Below, in pieces: positions 1 to 10,984 of a DNA stretch of 64,000 bases. Below the pieces are notes generated by a model that was given only the letters and a program-made list of their open reading frames with translations, made no database searches and was not told where the DNA came from. Within the stretch, counting starts at the first letter, position 1; each line of letters opens with the position of its first letter. The stretch spans positions 4,159 through 68,158 of IMG/VR virus record IMGVR_UViG_3300044591_000410; one strand, 5' to 3'. A program made the position numbers and the translations under genes. The DNA comes from a virus.

Positions 1-1
1 G

Positions 2-967
2 TTCGTAGACCGGGATAACAAGAACACTATTTATATGTATACCAACCGCTGGTCTGGTGACAGAGTAATTCAATCAGCCTTCTTCAGATATGTCTTAGAT
101 ACTACAACTGAGGTATTATCTATGAAGGTGGTTGATAACTACCTATATGCAGTCACTAAGCGACCACGGAAAACCTACACCAGTAATCCAGAGTATTATT
201 ATTTCTTAGAAAAGCATCTATTAAGAAGTGAAGACCCTTATATTCCACGGATTGATAGGTTGTTTGAAGTAAAGATAATTAAGAATACTAACCCAGTTAC
301 TGGTTCATGGAATGGTAATGCAACCTATAACCCACTACGGGCCGAAACAACTTTTAGACTTCCTTATATGTTAAATAACACAGACATAGAAAAGGTTGTC
401 GTAGTGTTAACAAGCTCTGACTGGGGTGATGACCAAAGTTTAGTCCTAAAGCCAGACTCAATTACCAACAATACAACTTATAAGTATTGTGACATTGTTG
501 TATCTGGTGAATTATCTGCCGTGTTTGGTGAAAACTATACAGGTGTTATTGAAGGCTTTGCTAAAGCTGGCAGATATATTTCAATAGGCGAAAAGTTCCT
601 GATGAAAGCTGAGTTGTCTCCGCTATTTATCAGAGATGAAAGTAATAATATTGTTGACGGTGTGTTGAATATCCGTACTGGTTTGTTCCGTCACTTTGAC
701 ACAGGCAATTATGATATTGTCGTGGCAAGAAACAAGCGACCAGCATATAGATCGTCGTTTACCAACCAAAGACTAGATGAGTCGGTCTTCGTAGACCCAC
801 TACCACTAGAAATTAAGACAAGCTCTGGTGAGTTTGTTGCCAAGATATTTGGTTATAACGACGATATCACTATCTCTATTGAATCTGATTACCCAACACC
901 ATGTAATATTACAAACATGGAATTCAAGGGTAAGTTCAAGCAGAAGTATTCAACATTTGAGAATTAA
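2..967 (+). CDS. Tail tubular protein B (T7 gp12-like), C-terminal part, 5'-truncated
   Basis: Frame open from position 2; C-terminus 'ITISIESDYPTPCNITNMEFKG' typical of gp12; precedes the tail fibre; tubular protein A starts at the window end. Confidence 0.85.
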   Translation, partial: FVDRDNKNTIYMYTNRWSGDRVIQSAFFRYVLDTTTEVLSMKVVDNYLYAVTKRPRKTYTSNPEYYYFLEKHLLRSEDPYIPRIDRLFEVKIIKNTNPVTGSWNGNATYNPLRAETTFRLPYMLNNTDIEKVVVVLTSSDWGDDQSLVLKPDSITNNTTYKYCDIVVSGELSAVFGENYTGVIEGFAKAGRYISIGEKFLMKAELSPLFIRDESNNIVDGVLNIRTGLFRHFDTGNYDIVVARNKRPAYRSSFTNQRLDESVFVDPLPLEIKTSSGEFVAKIFGYNDDITISIESDYPTPCNITNMEFKGKFKQKYSTFEN

Positions 968-984
968 AAAGAATCCGTTCTCCT

Positions 985-1024
985 GCCCCCACATTCTCTT
1001 AACAGGGGTGTGGGGGTTTACCTT
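985..1024 (+). terminator. Intrinsic terminator-like hairpin
   Basis: CCCCCACATTCT...GGGGTGTGGGGG stem, TTAAC-containing loop, then TTTACCTTT; intergenic. Confidence 0.6.
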
Positions 1025-1039
1025 TAGAAAGGGAGCATA

Positions 1040-4000
1040 ATGGCTACATACGATAACTTAGACCTAGTAAGAACTAGTATTGAATACCGTGATATTACTA
1101 ATACAACCAATCCAAATTATAACTTTGGTACTAGAACATTCTCTTTTGCAGATATTGAACTATTAGAAGGTATTCCTGCACAAGACCAGTTAGAGATTGA
1201 AAGAATCTTCCCAGTTAATACCCTAGGTAGCAGTAAGTATGAAGGCGTTCAACTAACGATTGCAGACCGTCGCCTTATGTTTAAACTACCAAAGCAGTGG
1301 TTTACTGTAGATGTAATTAATAAAACAATTACTATTAAAGATATTGCTAATACCGCTAGTAATGATTATATACCAGCTCCCGCTGCAAGCACAGGACCAT
1401 ACTATGATATTAATCTAGGTACATCTAGAACATTTAAGTTACTAGCTGCTACGACTCCACCCAGTGCAAACCAAACAATCATTATTCCCGGCCTAGCTGT
1501 TAATGATGATATCATTATCAGAAGAAGAACAGTCTCAACTGAAAAGGTTGTGAACTTTGCTCCCGGTTCTCGCCTAACAAGTGGTCAGTTAAACCTTCAG
1601 GTATCCCAACTCGTTAACCTTGTTCAGGAACTTATGTGGAAGGTAGACCAAGAGTTTATCCTCAAGTTCGATGAATCAGCAGTCGATGGACCGTTCCTTG
1701 GTAACAAGGATCTAGACATGGGTTCATTCTCCATTATCAACATGGGTATGCCCGGTGTTGATGGTGATGCTTTCCCTCCAAATGCTGAAGCGGAACCTGA
1801 AGATATTGACCGAGTTGGTCGTATGGCTGTTAATAAGTACTTCTTACAGAATGTGTATACTGATTATGTATCTGACACTGTTGTTGCTAACTGGGATGCT
1901 GGTGGTCGTTCTGGTGCTTTAGTGACCAGACTAGCTGGCTTTGATACTTCATTAGCCGCTAAACAGCCACTAAATACCAATCTAACAACCCTTCAAGGTA
2001 CTACTAATGCCTCTGGTTTAGTAAGCTTAGGTAACTCCAGCAATCTAGCCCTAGTAACTGCTATTGGTGCTTTAGCGTCTGGCAATACTGGCTTTATTAA
2101 GAAGTCAGGAGCATCTACTGTAACTTTAGATACCAATACTTACCTAACAGGTAATCAGTCTATTAGTTTAAGTGGTGCTGTGGCTGGTTCAGGTACAACC
2201 AGTATTAGCACGACTCTTGCTACAAACGCAGTAGGCACTTCTAATATTAATAACCTTGCAGTTACTAATGATAAGATTGCTGATAGCACCATTACAAATG
2301 CAAAGCTAGCCAATAGCACCATTTCTAGTGTTGCTCTTGGTAGTAACCTATTTACTTTAACCCGAGGTAGCTACCTTACTGGTAATAATTATAACGGATC
2401 AGCGGCTCAGACTTTTGCTGTAGACGCAGACACGGCTAACACAGCTAATAAGGTTGTAGCCAGAGATGCTAGCGGTAACTTTGCTGCTAATACTATCACA
2501 GCTGCCCTATCTGGTAATGCAACTACAGCAACTGCTTTACAGAATGCCAGAACAATTGGCCTTAGTGATGGTGCTATTGGTACAGCTACTTCGTTTAACG
2601 GTAGCGCTAATATTACAATTCCAGTTACAGCCCTTGATGCCAACAAGATAACCAGCGGTACATTGTCGGTTGATAGGCTTGGTGCTACTTCTATTACAGA
2701 TGCAAAATTAGCTCAAATAACTACAGCTGGAAAGATTGCATTAAGCGCGTTACCAACAAATATTCCAGATACAAACTTAACTCAAATAACTACATCTGGT
2801 AAGATTGCATTAACCGCGTTACCAACAGGTATTACAGATACAAACCTATCAACAACAGGTATTGTTGCTGATACTTATGCAAACAGTGGTTTAAACATTC
2901 CACAACTTGGAGTTTCAGCTGCTGGTCGTATTACAAGTATTTCTAATAGAGATTTAGCTAATAGCGTTGTTAGCACTATTCAAGCAAATGCACCATACAT
3001 TTCTAGTGGTGTATTTACTGCTGGAGAAAAACGAATAACAAATCTGGCAGCACCTACTGTAGCTTTGGATGCTGTAAATAAAAACTATGTTGATACAAAT
3101 TTCTTAAAACTAGCAGTTGGAAATGTTTGGGATTCACTAGATCGGCGTATAACAAACATTAGTTTACCAATAAACGCAAAAGACGCAGCTACTAAAGAAT
3201 TTGTAGAAGGGTTGCAATTATTTGGTACAGCTCAAACAGATCCTCAGCTTTTTGAATTTAACAGCCTATCCGGTACAGCGGACGGTTCTCATACACGATA
3301 TGAACTTAGTATTGATACCCTTACAACAACAAATCAATCAATGCTTATTGTGTATGATAACATTAATAATATTTATGGTCCCGGTACTAATACAGCGGCC
3401 AGCTATAAGTTCTTCTTAAATATTGTAGGTGCAAACAAGACTTTAAAAGTTTGGGTTCCAACAGCTAGCTCACAACCAACTTCTATTAAAGTTAGAAACT
3501 TTGGTGTTAGTCGCATTACCCAAACAAATCTAGCTACTGCTACTGCGGTAGGTTTATCTGGTTTCCCTGTAGATGGTGGTTTAACAGTATCTAATGGATT
3601 TGTGTCTGCTAATAAATCAGACTCTATTTCTTTAAGCAGCAGTAACTCACTAGCTACAAGTACAGCTGTTAAAACAGCTTATGACTCTGCAACCTCAGCT
3701 CAAAACGCAGCTAATGCTGCACAGACAACGGCAAACACAGCTGTTACAAACGCAGCTGCGGCTCAAGTAACAGCAGATACAGCTGTTGCAAATGCAGCTG
3801 CGGCTCAGGGAACAGCCAACGCAGCCCTACCACTAACTGGTGGTACTGTTACAGGCGCTCTTAATGTTAATGGTGCAGTTGTGTTGGGAGATGCTAATAC
3901 AGATACCCTAACAATTACAGGCACTGCTATTACAACACCAAACGGTCTAAACTTTGATAGCAATACTTTAGTTGTAGATGCTACAAACAATAGAGTGGGT

Positions 4001-6010
4001 ATTGGCACAGCAAGTCCTTTAAGCTCTTTACACATAAAAACAGCTAGTCCGGGTGGTGCCACTGGTTTAAGAATTGAAAATGGTGGTACTTATCTTGCAA
4101 TTGAACAGCAAAACAGCTCGTATACACATTTCTATACATCAGCTCCTAAATATTATTTTGATAAAACTGTTGAGTTAGGTGATGGAATTCTTAGTAGCTA
4201 TTCTACTACTGATTTACAACTAAAAACAAACGCTACCACTAGAATTCGTGCTTTTAACTCTACTGGTAATATTCTTATCGGGACGGGTACAGCAGACCCA
4301 TCTGTTAAGCTATATGTAGATGGTGAAATTAAAGCAAAGACCAGCCTAATCCTAAATGGTTCAACTAGCGGTACTTCTACCATAGTTGCCCAAGCAACTG
4401 CTGGTACAACTACATTTACCTTACCAACTACAACAGGTACTTTAATTGGTAGTAATGATACTAGTACTGTAAGTAACACTATGTTGGCAGGTAGCATTGC
4501 AGATAGCAAGCTAAGCACAATCGCTACTCCTAATAAGGTATCTATTGCTGCTCTTGATATTGACGGTGGTACAGATATTGGAGCAGGTTTAGAAGATGCT
4601 GATCTCATCATCGTAGACGATGGTGGAGCTGGTGCAAATAGAAAAGCAGCTGTTACTAGAATTGCTCCATATGTATTCTCCAAAGTAAGCGGAGATATAT
4701 CAATTGCCGCAAACGGCACTGCTACTATTGCTACTAACTCAGTAGCTCTTGGTACTGATACCACAGGTAACTATGTAGCTACAATTGCTGGTACAACTAA
4801 TCAAGTAACTGTAACTGGCTCTGGCTCAGAATCAGCAGGAGTTACCCTAAGCTTACCACAAGACATTCATACCACAGCTAATCCAACATTTGCTGGAGCT
4901 ACCTTAGGTACTACTCAGGTTGGTGTTACTGCGGATAATGAAATTGATACTAGTGCTGGTAACCTAATACTAGACTCAACTGGTGGCACTGTTCAGGTAG
5001 ACGATAACCTTTTAGTTACTGGTAATATTACTTTAAAATCTAATTCTACCAATAAACTTGAAGTATTAAACAACGCTGGAGATGAGGGTTTCGTTTTAGA
5101 AAGAGTAATAACAGACGGTACAGGTACAGCCAACAGTGGTGACCTAGTAATCCGACTAACTCAGCCATCAAGTGAAACTGAAAACAGAAGAGCCTATCTG
5201 TTATCTGGAAATGAAATACCCGGTGCTACTAATCAAATAGCCACAAAACAAGATATTGATAGTATTGACTTAAGTAACTATGTTACAAGCTCCAGTTTTA
5301 ACAATAGTTTATCTAACTATATGTTAACAACTGGCAGTTTAGCTACAGGAAATCAACAAGTTATTGGTACTTCTGATACAAATTCCTTTAAAATTAAGAC
5401 CAATAATTCGGATAGGGTTACTATAGAAAGTAATGGTAATGTAACATTAGCAAATAATCTAACTGTTACTGGTACTACTACTTTAACTGGTGGAGTTGTT
5501 GCGCCGTTAACTGGTGATTATACATCTGTTTTTGATGATGCGTCTCTTACAACATATCTTACAAAAGGTCAAATACTTTGTGGAGAACTTGGTGATGTTT
5601 ATTATAAATATAATCTTGGACGAATATCTATTGGTACTACTACTATAAATGATGTTGCTCCCCGCTTAATAAATACAGAGGGAATTCCACATTGGTTTAA
5701 TTTTTGGACTGGCACTGACGGTGGTACTAGAACTCTAAATTTAGTTATTCCAGCAAATGCTATTATTTATGTAGTTGGATATAGTGGAAGTGCAACTTTT
5801 GGCTCTAGTTTAACAAGCCGAGGATCGTTATCTGCAAAAACATTTGCACAACCCACAGCTGAGACTGGTACTGCTACTCCAGCATCTAGTCCTTCGCTAG
5901 TAGGAACAATTCCTACACCATTCCCTGTTTCGACATCCGATCAAACTTTTACTTTAGCTACAGCAGGCGCATCTAAAAGCGGTATTATTGGTTTGTTGCG
6001 TGTTAAATAA
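1040..6010 (+). CDS. Long tail fibre protein with T7 gp17-like N-terminal anchor
   Basis: 'IIIRRRT..VNFAPGSRLTSGQLNLQVSQ..LVQE' matches the gp17 N-terminal pattern; G/S/T/A-rich fibre repeats; 'RITNLAAP..DAVNKNYVD' and 'NRVGIGTASP' fibre motifs. Confidence 0.9.
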   Translation: MATYDNLDLVRTSIEYRDITNTTNPNYNFGTRTFSFADIELLEGIPAQDQLEIERIFPVNTLGSSKYEGVQLTIADRRLMFKLPKQWFTVDVINKTITIKDIANTASNDYIPAPAASTGPYYDINLGTSRTFKLLAATTPPSANQTIIIPGLAVNDDIIIRRRTVSTEKVVNFAPGSRLTSGQLNLQVSQLVNLVQELMWKVDQEFILKFDESAVDGPFLGNKDLDMGSFSIINMGMPGVDGDAFPPNAEAEPEDIDRVGRMAVNKYFLQNVYTDYVSDTVVANWDAGGRSGALVTRLAGFDTSLAAKQPLNTNLTTLQGTTNASGLVSLGNSSNLALVTAIGALASGNTGFIKKSGASTVTLDTNTYLTGNQSISLSGAVAGSGTTSISTTLATNAVGTSNINNLAVTNDKIADSTITNAKLANSTISSVALGSNLFTLTRGSYLTGNNYNGSAAQTFAVDADTANTANKVVARDASGNFAANTITAALSGNATTATALQNARTIGLSDGAIGTATSFNGSANITIPVTALDANKITSGTLSVDRLGATSITDAKLAQITTAGKIALSALPTNIPDTNLTQITTSGKIALTALPTGITDTNLSTTGIVADTYANSGLNIPQLGVSAAGRITSISNRDLANSVVSTIQANAPYISSGVFTAGEKRITNLAAPTVALDAVNKNYVDTNFLKLAVGNVWDSLDRRITNISLPINAKDAATKEFVEGLQLFGTAQTDPQLFEFNSLSGTADGSHTRYELSIDTLTTTNQSMLIVYDNINNIYGPGTNTAASYKFFLNIVGANKTLKVWVPTASSQPTSIKVRNFGVSRITQTNLATATAVGLSGFPVDGGLTVSNGFVSANKSDSISLSSSNSLATSTAVKTAYDSATSAQNAANAAQTTANTAVTNAAAAQVTADTAVANAAAAQGTANAALPLTGGTVTGALNVNGAVVLGDANTDTLTITGTAITTPNGLNFDSNTLVVDATNNRVGIGTASPLSSLHIKTASPGGATGLRIENGGTYLAIEQQNSSYTHFYTSAPKYYFDKTVELGDGILSSYSTTDLQLKTNATTRIRAFNSTGNILIGTGTADPSVKLYVDGEIKAKTSLILNGSTSGTSTIVAQATAGTTTFTLPTTTGTLIGSNDTSTVSNTMLAGSIADSKLSTIATPNKVSIAALDIDGGTDIGAGLEDADLIIVDDGGAGANRKAAVTRIAPYVFSKVSGDISIAANGTATIATNSVALGTDTTGNYVATIAGTTNQVTVTGSGSESAGVTLSLPQDIHTTANPTFAGATLGTTQVGVTADNEIDTSAGNLILDSTGGTVQVDDNLLVTGNITLKSNSTNKLEVLNNAGDEGFVLERVITDGTGTANSGDLVIRLTQPSSETENRRAYLLSGNEIPGATNQIATKQDIDSIDLSNYVTSSSFNNSLSNYMLTTGSLATGNQQVIGTSDTNSFKIKTNNSDRVTIESNGNVTLANNLTVTGTTTLTGGVVAPLTGDYTSVFDDASLTTYLTKGQILCGELGDVYYKYNLGRISIGTTTINDVAPRLINTEGIPHWFNFWTGTDGGTRTLNLVIPANAIIYVVGYSGSATFGSSLTSRGSLSAKTFAQPTAETGTATPASSPSLVGTIPTPFPVSTSDQTFTLATAGASKSGIIGLLRVK
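2712..2849 (+). repeat. 69-bp tandem duplication (23-aa repeat) inside the tail fibre gene
   Basis: Two near-identical units ctcaaataactaca(g/t)ctgg(a/t)aagattgcattaa..gcgttaccaaca..tatt.cagatacaaac. Confidence 0.85.
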
Positions 6011-6027
6011 TTTAAGGAGCTACCCCA

Positions 6028-6294
6028 ATGCCCGGTAATAGAGATAGAAATAAAACAACTGCTGGCGTAACAAGAGAACAGGTAGAAGACTTAATTGATT
6101 CTATCTGGGCTTTTGATATTAGAAACCCAAATGAAAATGATCTGTTAATCTATAGACAAAATACAGGATACTTTGTAAATGAAACCGTTGGTGATATTAC
6201 AATCTCATATGGAAACCTAGACGGAGGTGTTTCATCTTCTACCTATCAGGCTGTGTTTAACATCAGCGGCGGAACTTCTTTAAGTGTCTTTTAA
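6028..6294 (+). CDS. Small tail fibre-associated protein
   Basis: AAGGAG SD; 'NDLLIY....YFVN' and 'LDGG' motifs shared with neighbouring fibre genes. Confidence 0.55.
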   Translation: MPGNRDRNKTTAGVTREQVEDLIDSIWAFDIRNPNENDLLIYRQNTGYFVNETVGDITISYGNLDGGVSSSTYQAVFNISGGTSLSVF

Positions 6295-6307
6295 TTAGGA
6301 GGTAGCA

Positions 6308-6604
6308 ATGGCTATTCAAATTCAGTTAAGAAGAGACACAGAAACTAACTGGAATACAAACGATCCCATCTTAGCTTCCGGTGAAATAGGTATTGCTACC
6401 AACTTTACACCAGCTAAGTTTAAAATCGGTAATGACACCTCAAGCTGGACTGAGTTACCATATGTTGTTGAAAATGGAAACAGCCTAGCAACCCTTACCG
6501 ATGTACTGATAACAAATATTCAAGTAGGTGATTTACTTATGTACCAGAATGGTCGTTGGGAAAACATAAGAAAAACAGTAGTGGTAGATGGTGGAAACTT
6601 TTAA
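6308..6604 (+). CDS. Mtd N-terminal-like (hyaluronidase-type) tail fibre adaptor
   Basis: 'MAIQIQLRRDTETNWNTNDPILASGEIG...KFKIGN....WTELPY'; ends 'VDGGNF'. Confidence 0.75.
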   Translation: MAIQIQLRRDTETNWNTNDPILASGEIGIATNFTPAKFKIGNDTSSWTELPYVVENGNSLATLTDVLITNIQVGDLLMYQNGRWENIRKTVVVDGGNF

Positions 6605-6614
6605 GGAGTAATAA

Positions 6615-7715
6615 ATGTCAAATACAATTAGAATTAAAAGAAGAACAGCTGGTGGTGCTGGTGCTCCAGCTAGCTTACAAAATGCTGAATTAGCATTTAA
6701 TGAAGTAACCAATGTTTTATACTATGGTAAAGGAACCGGAGTAGGTAATGCAGCTACTTCTATTATTCCAGTTGGTGGCGACGGTTATGTTGTTGACCTA
6801 ACTAGCAATCAGTCAATTTCTGGGGTTAAGACCTTTACTGATAACCTTATTGTCAACGGATCAACCAGCGGTAAAACTCTTAAGCTAGGACCAAACACAA
6901 GTATCCAGCTTTGGAACGGTGCAGCTGAAACAGGTTCTTTAGGCCATACTGGTTTAAGTTTAGGTAGCTCTACCTCGTCCAATATTGCTGGTAGCTTTAC
7001 CCATACTGGATCAGTTAATATGTCTAGCGCTACACAAGTGACTGTACCAAACATCACTGTTTCCACTTCGACAGGACAGGCAGTAAACGCTACCTCTTTA
7101 ACAGGTTATATCAGCTCACAGATAACCGCAGGCTCTATTGGAACTGTAAGCAGTGTTACTACAGCTTTCCCAACTAGCGTCTTTGTAAACCCAACAAATC
7201 CTATTACTTCTTCTGGTACACTGAGTACCTCTTTCCAGACTCAAAGCGCTAATACTGTATTTGCTGGACCAGCCACAGGAAGTAACACACCCGGCTTTAG
7301 ACAGTTAGTAGCTGCCGACATCCCATCACTATCGTCTACTTATCTACCCCTTGCTGGCGGTTCTCTATCTGGTAACCTAACAGTTGGTGGAGATCTGACC
7401 GTAAATGGTACAGTAACTACTATTAATTCTACAACCATTTCTGTAGATGATAAGACTATTGAAATCGGGGCTGTGACTTCCCCAACTGATACCACGGCAG
7501 AAGGTGGTGGTATTATCCTTAAGGGATCAACAGATAAGTCAATGCTGTGGTATAGTGGTATAGGTTGGGCTTTTAATGACAGCCTTAGTCTTCCAGTAAA
7601 CAAAACATTGAAGATTTCTGATGGTGCTACCAATAGAGAAATCTTTGGCAGTTGGGATGTAACGGCTTCGGCTTTTGCTGTAGACTATCTATTGATTGAT
7701 GGAGGAACCTATTAA
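6615..7715 (+). CDS. Accessory tail fibre protein
   Basis: 'TIRIKRR..APASL..AELAFNE' N-terminus, 'GDLTVNGTVTTINSTT' fibre motif, ends 'IDGGTY'. Confidence 0.75.
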   Translation: MSNTIRIKRRTAGGAGAPASLQNAELAFNEVTNVLYYGKGTGVGNAATSIIPVGGDGYVVDLTSNQSISGVKTFTDNLIVNGSTSGKTLKLGPNTSIQLWNGAAETGSLGHTGLSLGSSTSSNIAGSFTHTGSVNMSSATQVTVPNITVSTSTGQAVNATSLTGYISSQITAGSIGTVSSVTTAFPTSVFVNPTNPITSSGTLSTSFQTQSANTVFAGPATGSNTPGFRQLVAADIPSLSSTYLPLAGGSLSGNLTVGGDLTVNGTVTTINSTTISVDDKTIEIGAVTSPTDTTAEGGGIILKGSTDKSMLWYSGIGWAFNDSLSLPVNKTLKISDGATNREIFGSWDVTASAFAVDYLLIDGGTY

Positions 7716-9955
7716 TGGCTAGCATCATCAAACCAAAGCGTGGTTCTGTTGCTCCAACTACCGCTAATTTGGTTGATGGTGAAATTGCTATTAATACCGC
7801 CGATAAGAAAATCTACACTAATATCGGGGGAACGGTACATGAGCTTTCACCTTCAACTGCTACGACTCCAGCTGGGACTAATACACAGGTCCAGTTTAAC
7901 AACAATGGAGACTTTGGAGCTAGTTCTAACTTTACCTTTAGTTCAAACTCAGTTTCAATTAAAAATGCTTTAAGCATAACTAAACTAACAACAGGGCTTG
8001 CTGGTGTGTTTATATCTGCTGGCGAAACAACAACTACAGTGCAGGTTGTTAATAATAATTTAGAGTTTGTAACTAATCAAAGTCCCGGCAAAACAATTAA
8101 AATAAAAACAGCTAACGGCACAAACCTACTATCTTTAACTTTAGACCCAACAAATAATAAGTTAGAGTTATTAAATGAAAACGATGCTCTCACCACCTCT
8201 TTTATAGTAGACGGCACTATTACAGCAACAGTTCAAATGGATGCTCCTTATTTCAAAGGTTATTTACTAGGAGCTACCCAACAAGAATGTAGAAATGACA
8301 CAGGTTCTACTATTTCTAAAGGTACACCTGTTTATGTGGTTGGCTATTCAGGTAACCGAGTATTGATTGCTCCTGCTGAAGCTAATAACTCAGCTAAGAT
8401 GCCAGCTGTTGGTCTGCTAGAAACTGATATAGCTGCTTCTCACAACGGTCACTATACAATCCTAGGTGTAGCTAAGAACCTTAATACTAACGGTTATGCC
8501 ATTAATGAAACTTTATATGTAGGAGCTACTGGTGGTTTAACCAATGTTAGACCAACCGGAGCCACTACATTAATTCAGAACATTGGTAAGGTTGTAAATG
8601 TTGGAAATAATGGTGAGATCCTAGTAATGGGTCCGGGTCGTAGTAACGATGTTCCTAACACCATTACTGCCAGAACTGGACTGTACACCAACGATGCCAA
8701 TGGTATTCGTCTTTACGATTTAGACTCATCTAACTACTTAAGACTAAGACCAGCAGACACCTTAGCCAGTGATATTAATTTTATTCTTCCTGCTGATGTC
8801 GGCACAGCTAAACAAGTTTTAGGTATCCAGTCAGTAGTTGGTAAGTCTGCAACCTTAGATTGGCAGTCTCCTGCTTATCTTAGTGATACTCAATCGTTTA
8901 CCGCTAAGCAAACATTTACAAGTGGTATTGATGTCACTGGTACTATTGCTGGTCCCGGTTCTGGTTCTTTAACAATTAGCAACGGTGCTGGTGATGTTGT
9001 TATTACATCGCCAATTACAACTATTGGTAACGGCGCTACTGATTTTACTATTGATGCTGCTTCAGGTACAGTCGATGGCTCTGCGTTTGAATGGCAAACG
9101 GGTGATTTATCTACAGGTACTTTAGTAACAGCCGGTAATATTACACTTCAGAATGCTGAAAAAATCCAAAACACAACAAATGGCCGGGTAGATATTGCTC
9201 CAGCCCCTTCAGCAAGCAGCTTTGGTCTATCCATTGATATGACAAGCAAAGGTACAGGAGCCAGACTAACAACCGTAACAGGTACATCAGGCACTACACT
9301 AAGTACTGGTGTTTTAGAATCCTTGGTTGAATTCCAAAGTCCTAAGCTTACCCTGACAACAACAACACCAAGCACTTCTGTTGGTGGTTGTCTTGAATAC
9401 GACGGTAAAGTTACTTATGCTAACACGGCTTCTGGTCGTGGTTTAATGGTAACTGAGCAAACAAGTATTCTAACATCTTCAAGAAATATTAACAGTGCTA
9501 CTGGTAACCAGAATATATTTGGCGCTCCACAGGATGTTATTACATTGGCTGCTAATACTACTTACATGATCCGTGGTTACCTATTCTTAAGTATGGGTAC
9601 AACAACAGCTAGACATATAGCATTAAGGTTTACTGAAAGTGTTTCTGTAAATCATCCTACAATTCATTTCTCCACAATAGGAATGCCTTCTACTGGCGGT
9701 GCTGCGTTAAGAGCACAAGATATGGCTTATTTTGTAACAACAGGTGGTGGTAATATGACACAAAGCACTATTACTAATGCTAACTACAACGCTTGGATTA
9801 CTGGGTTAATAACAACTGTAGACTCAGTTACTATTACCCCACAGATTGCATTCAGTGCTGCACCGGGTAATACCTGTTCTGTGAATATGGGTACTTATAT
9901 TTCGTTTATTCCCTGTGGTTCTAATACTATGGCCGCTGTTGGTCCTTGGAGTTAA
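7715..9955 (+). CDS. Accessory tail fibre / receptor-binding protein
   Basis: 'IIKPKRG..APTTANLVDGEIAINTADKKIY' N-terminus; G/T/S-rich beta-type body. Confidence 0.75.
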   Translation: MASIIKPKRGSVAPTTANLVDGEIAINTADKKIYTNIGGTVHELSPSTATTPAGTNTQVQFNNNGDFGASSNFTFSSNSVSIKNALSITKLTTGLAGVFISAGETTTTVQVVNNNLEFVTNQSPGKTIKIKTANGTNLLSLTLDPTNNKLELLNENDALTTSFIVDGTITATVQMDAPYFKGYLLGATQQECRNDTGSTISKGTPVYVVGYSGNRVLIAPAEANNSAKMPAVGLLETDIAASHNGHYTILGVAKNLNTNGYAINETLYVGATGGLTNVRPTGATTLIQNIGKVVNVGNNGEILVMGPGRSNDVPNTITARTGLYTNDANGIRLYDLDSSNYLRLRPADTLASDINFILPADVGTAKQVLGIQSVVGKSATLDWQSPAYLSDTQSFTAKQTFTSGIDVTGTIAGPGSGSLTISNGAGDVVITSPITTIGNGATDFTIDAASGTVDGSAFEWQTGDLSTGTLVTAGNITLQNAEKIQNTTNGRVDIAPAPSASSFGLSIDMTSKGTGARLTTVTGTSGTTLSTGVLESLVEFQSPKLTLTTTTPSTSVGGCLEYDGKVTYANTASGRGLMVTEQTSILTSSRNINSATGNQNIFGAPQDVITLAANTTYMIRGYLFLSMGTTTARHIALRFTESVSVNHPTIHFSTIGMPSTGGAALRAQDMAYFVTTGGGNMTQSTITNANYNAWITGLITTVDSVTITPQIAFSAAPGNTCSVNMGTYISFIPCGSNTMAAVGPWS

Positions 9956-9958
9956 TAC

Positions 9959-10309
9959 ATGAAAAACGACATCTTTGATACTACGGAGTCTATGCTAACC
10001 AGATATGGTATAGACATTGGTTTGTTATTATCTGGTTTCTTTGGTGCATTGCTCCTAGTATCACGGAAGTCGGGGCAAAAGCTTGGCACATCTTTAGCAG
10101 CTCTCATGGCTGGTACTGCGTGTGCTAACTACTTGACACCCATTGTTTTAAACTACATGCCTGAAACAGTTCGGTTAAATGGCAAGTATGCCATAGCCTT
10201 TGCTATGGGCTTCCTAGGTCTTAAAGGTCTTGAGTTTATTATTGATACTTATATAATCGCTAAAAAACAAGAGACACATAAAAAGACCAGAAAGAAGAGG
10301 AAACACTGA
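9959..10309 (+). CDS. Putative holin
   Basis: About three hydrophobic helices and a highly basic C-terminal tail; follows the fibre genes. Confidence 0.6.
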   Translation: MKNDIFDTTESMLTRYGIDIGLLLSGFFGALLLVSRKSGQKLGTSLAALMAGTACANYLTPIVLNYMPETVRLNGKYAIAFAMGFLGLKGLEFIIDTYIIAKKQETHKKTRKKRKH

Positions 10310-10743
10310 TGGTTCCTGAACTATTGTCAATGCTAGGTGGTGGAGTTGTTGGATTTATCTTTCGGTTTATGGCTGAGAAAAGACAAGACCAGAAAGAGAT
10401 GTTTAATAGATTATTACAATTAAACAATGTCCAGCAAGAGAATTATGACAAAGCTGCTAAGCGAGTTCCCATAGATGTTGGCAAGGGAATCCGTCAGTTA
10501 ATCGTCCTAACTGTATTGTTTGCAGCTCTTTGCGCTCCCTTTGTCTTACCCTTCTTTGGTCTACCTACCTTCGTAGAAGTAGATAAAGTAGAGTCAGATA
10601 AGTTGTTTGGCCTAATAGGTGGATCTACTAGTAAGGTCTTTGTAGAACTCAATGGGTATCTCTATTCATCTGAGCTAAGACAGATACTAGTGAGCATCGT
10701 AGGTTTCTACTTCGGATCATCCGCTGCAAGTAATAAGAACTGA
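10309..10743 (+). CDS. Membrane protein, possible second holin (3-TM type)
   Basis: Hydrophobic segments and C-terminal 'IVGFYFGSS' motif. Confidence 0.5.
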   Translation: MVPELLSMLGGGVVGFIFRFMAEKRQDQKEMFNRLLQLNNVQQENYDKAAKRVPIDVGKGIRQLIVLTVLFAALCAPFVLPFFGLPTFVEVDKVESDKLFGLIGGSTSKVFVELNGYLYSSELRQILVSIVGFYFGSSAASNKN

Positions 10744-10750
10744 GGTAACT

Positions 10751-10984
10751 ATGGTTAAACTATATTTATTATTAATATCTTTGTTATCTATAGGATGTGC
10801 TAGTGACCCTAAGATCATCCCAGATGTTACTGGTGACAGTGTACTTATGATGAAACTCAAGCATGATATAACCAACAACTCTGTAGACTGTAGCTATGGC
10901 TGGTTATTCTGGTATGTACCAATTGCCCTCGTTTTACTAATGTGGGCGTATAAAACCTTTATGAAAAAGGAAAAGAATGGCTAA
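10751..10984 (+). CDS. Lipoprotein with C-terminal TM helix (u-spanin-like architecture)
   Basis: Signal peptide with lipobox 'LSIG-C'; hydrophobic 'WLFWYVPIALVLLMWAY'; basic tail. Confidence 0.5.
   Translation: MVKLYLLLISLLSIGCASDPKIIPDVTGDSVLMMKLKHDITNNSVDCSYGWLFWYVPIALVLLMWAYKTFMKKEKNG

Noticed and set aside
6308-9955. Diversity-generating retroelement suggested by the Mtd-like N-terminus
   Set aside because: No reverse transcriptase and no TR/VR pair differing at adenines seen
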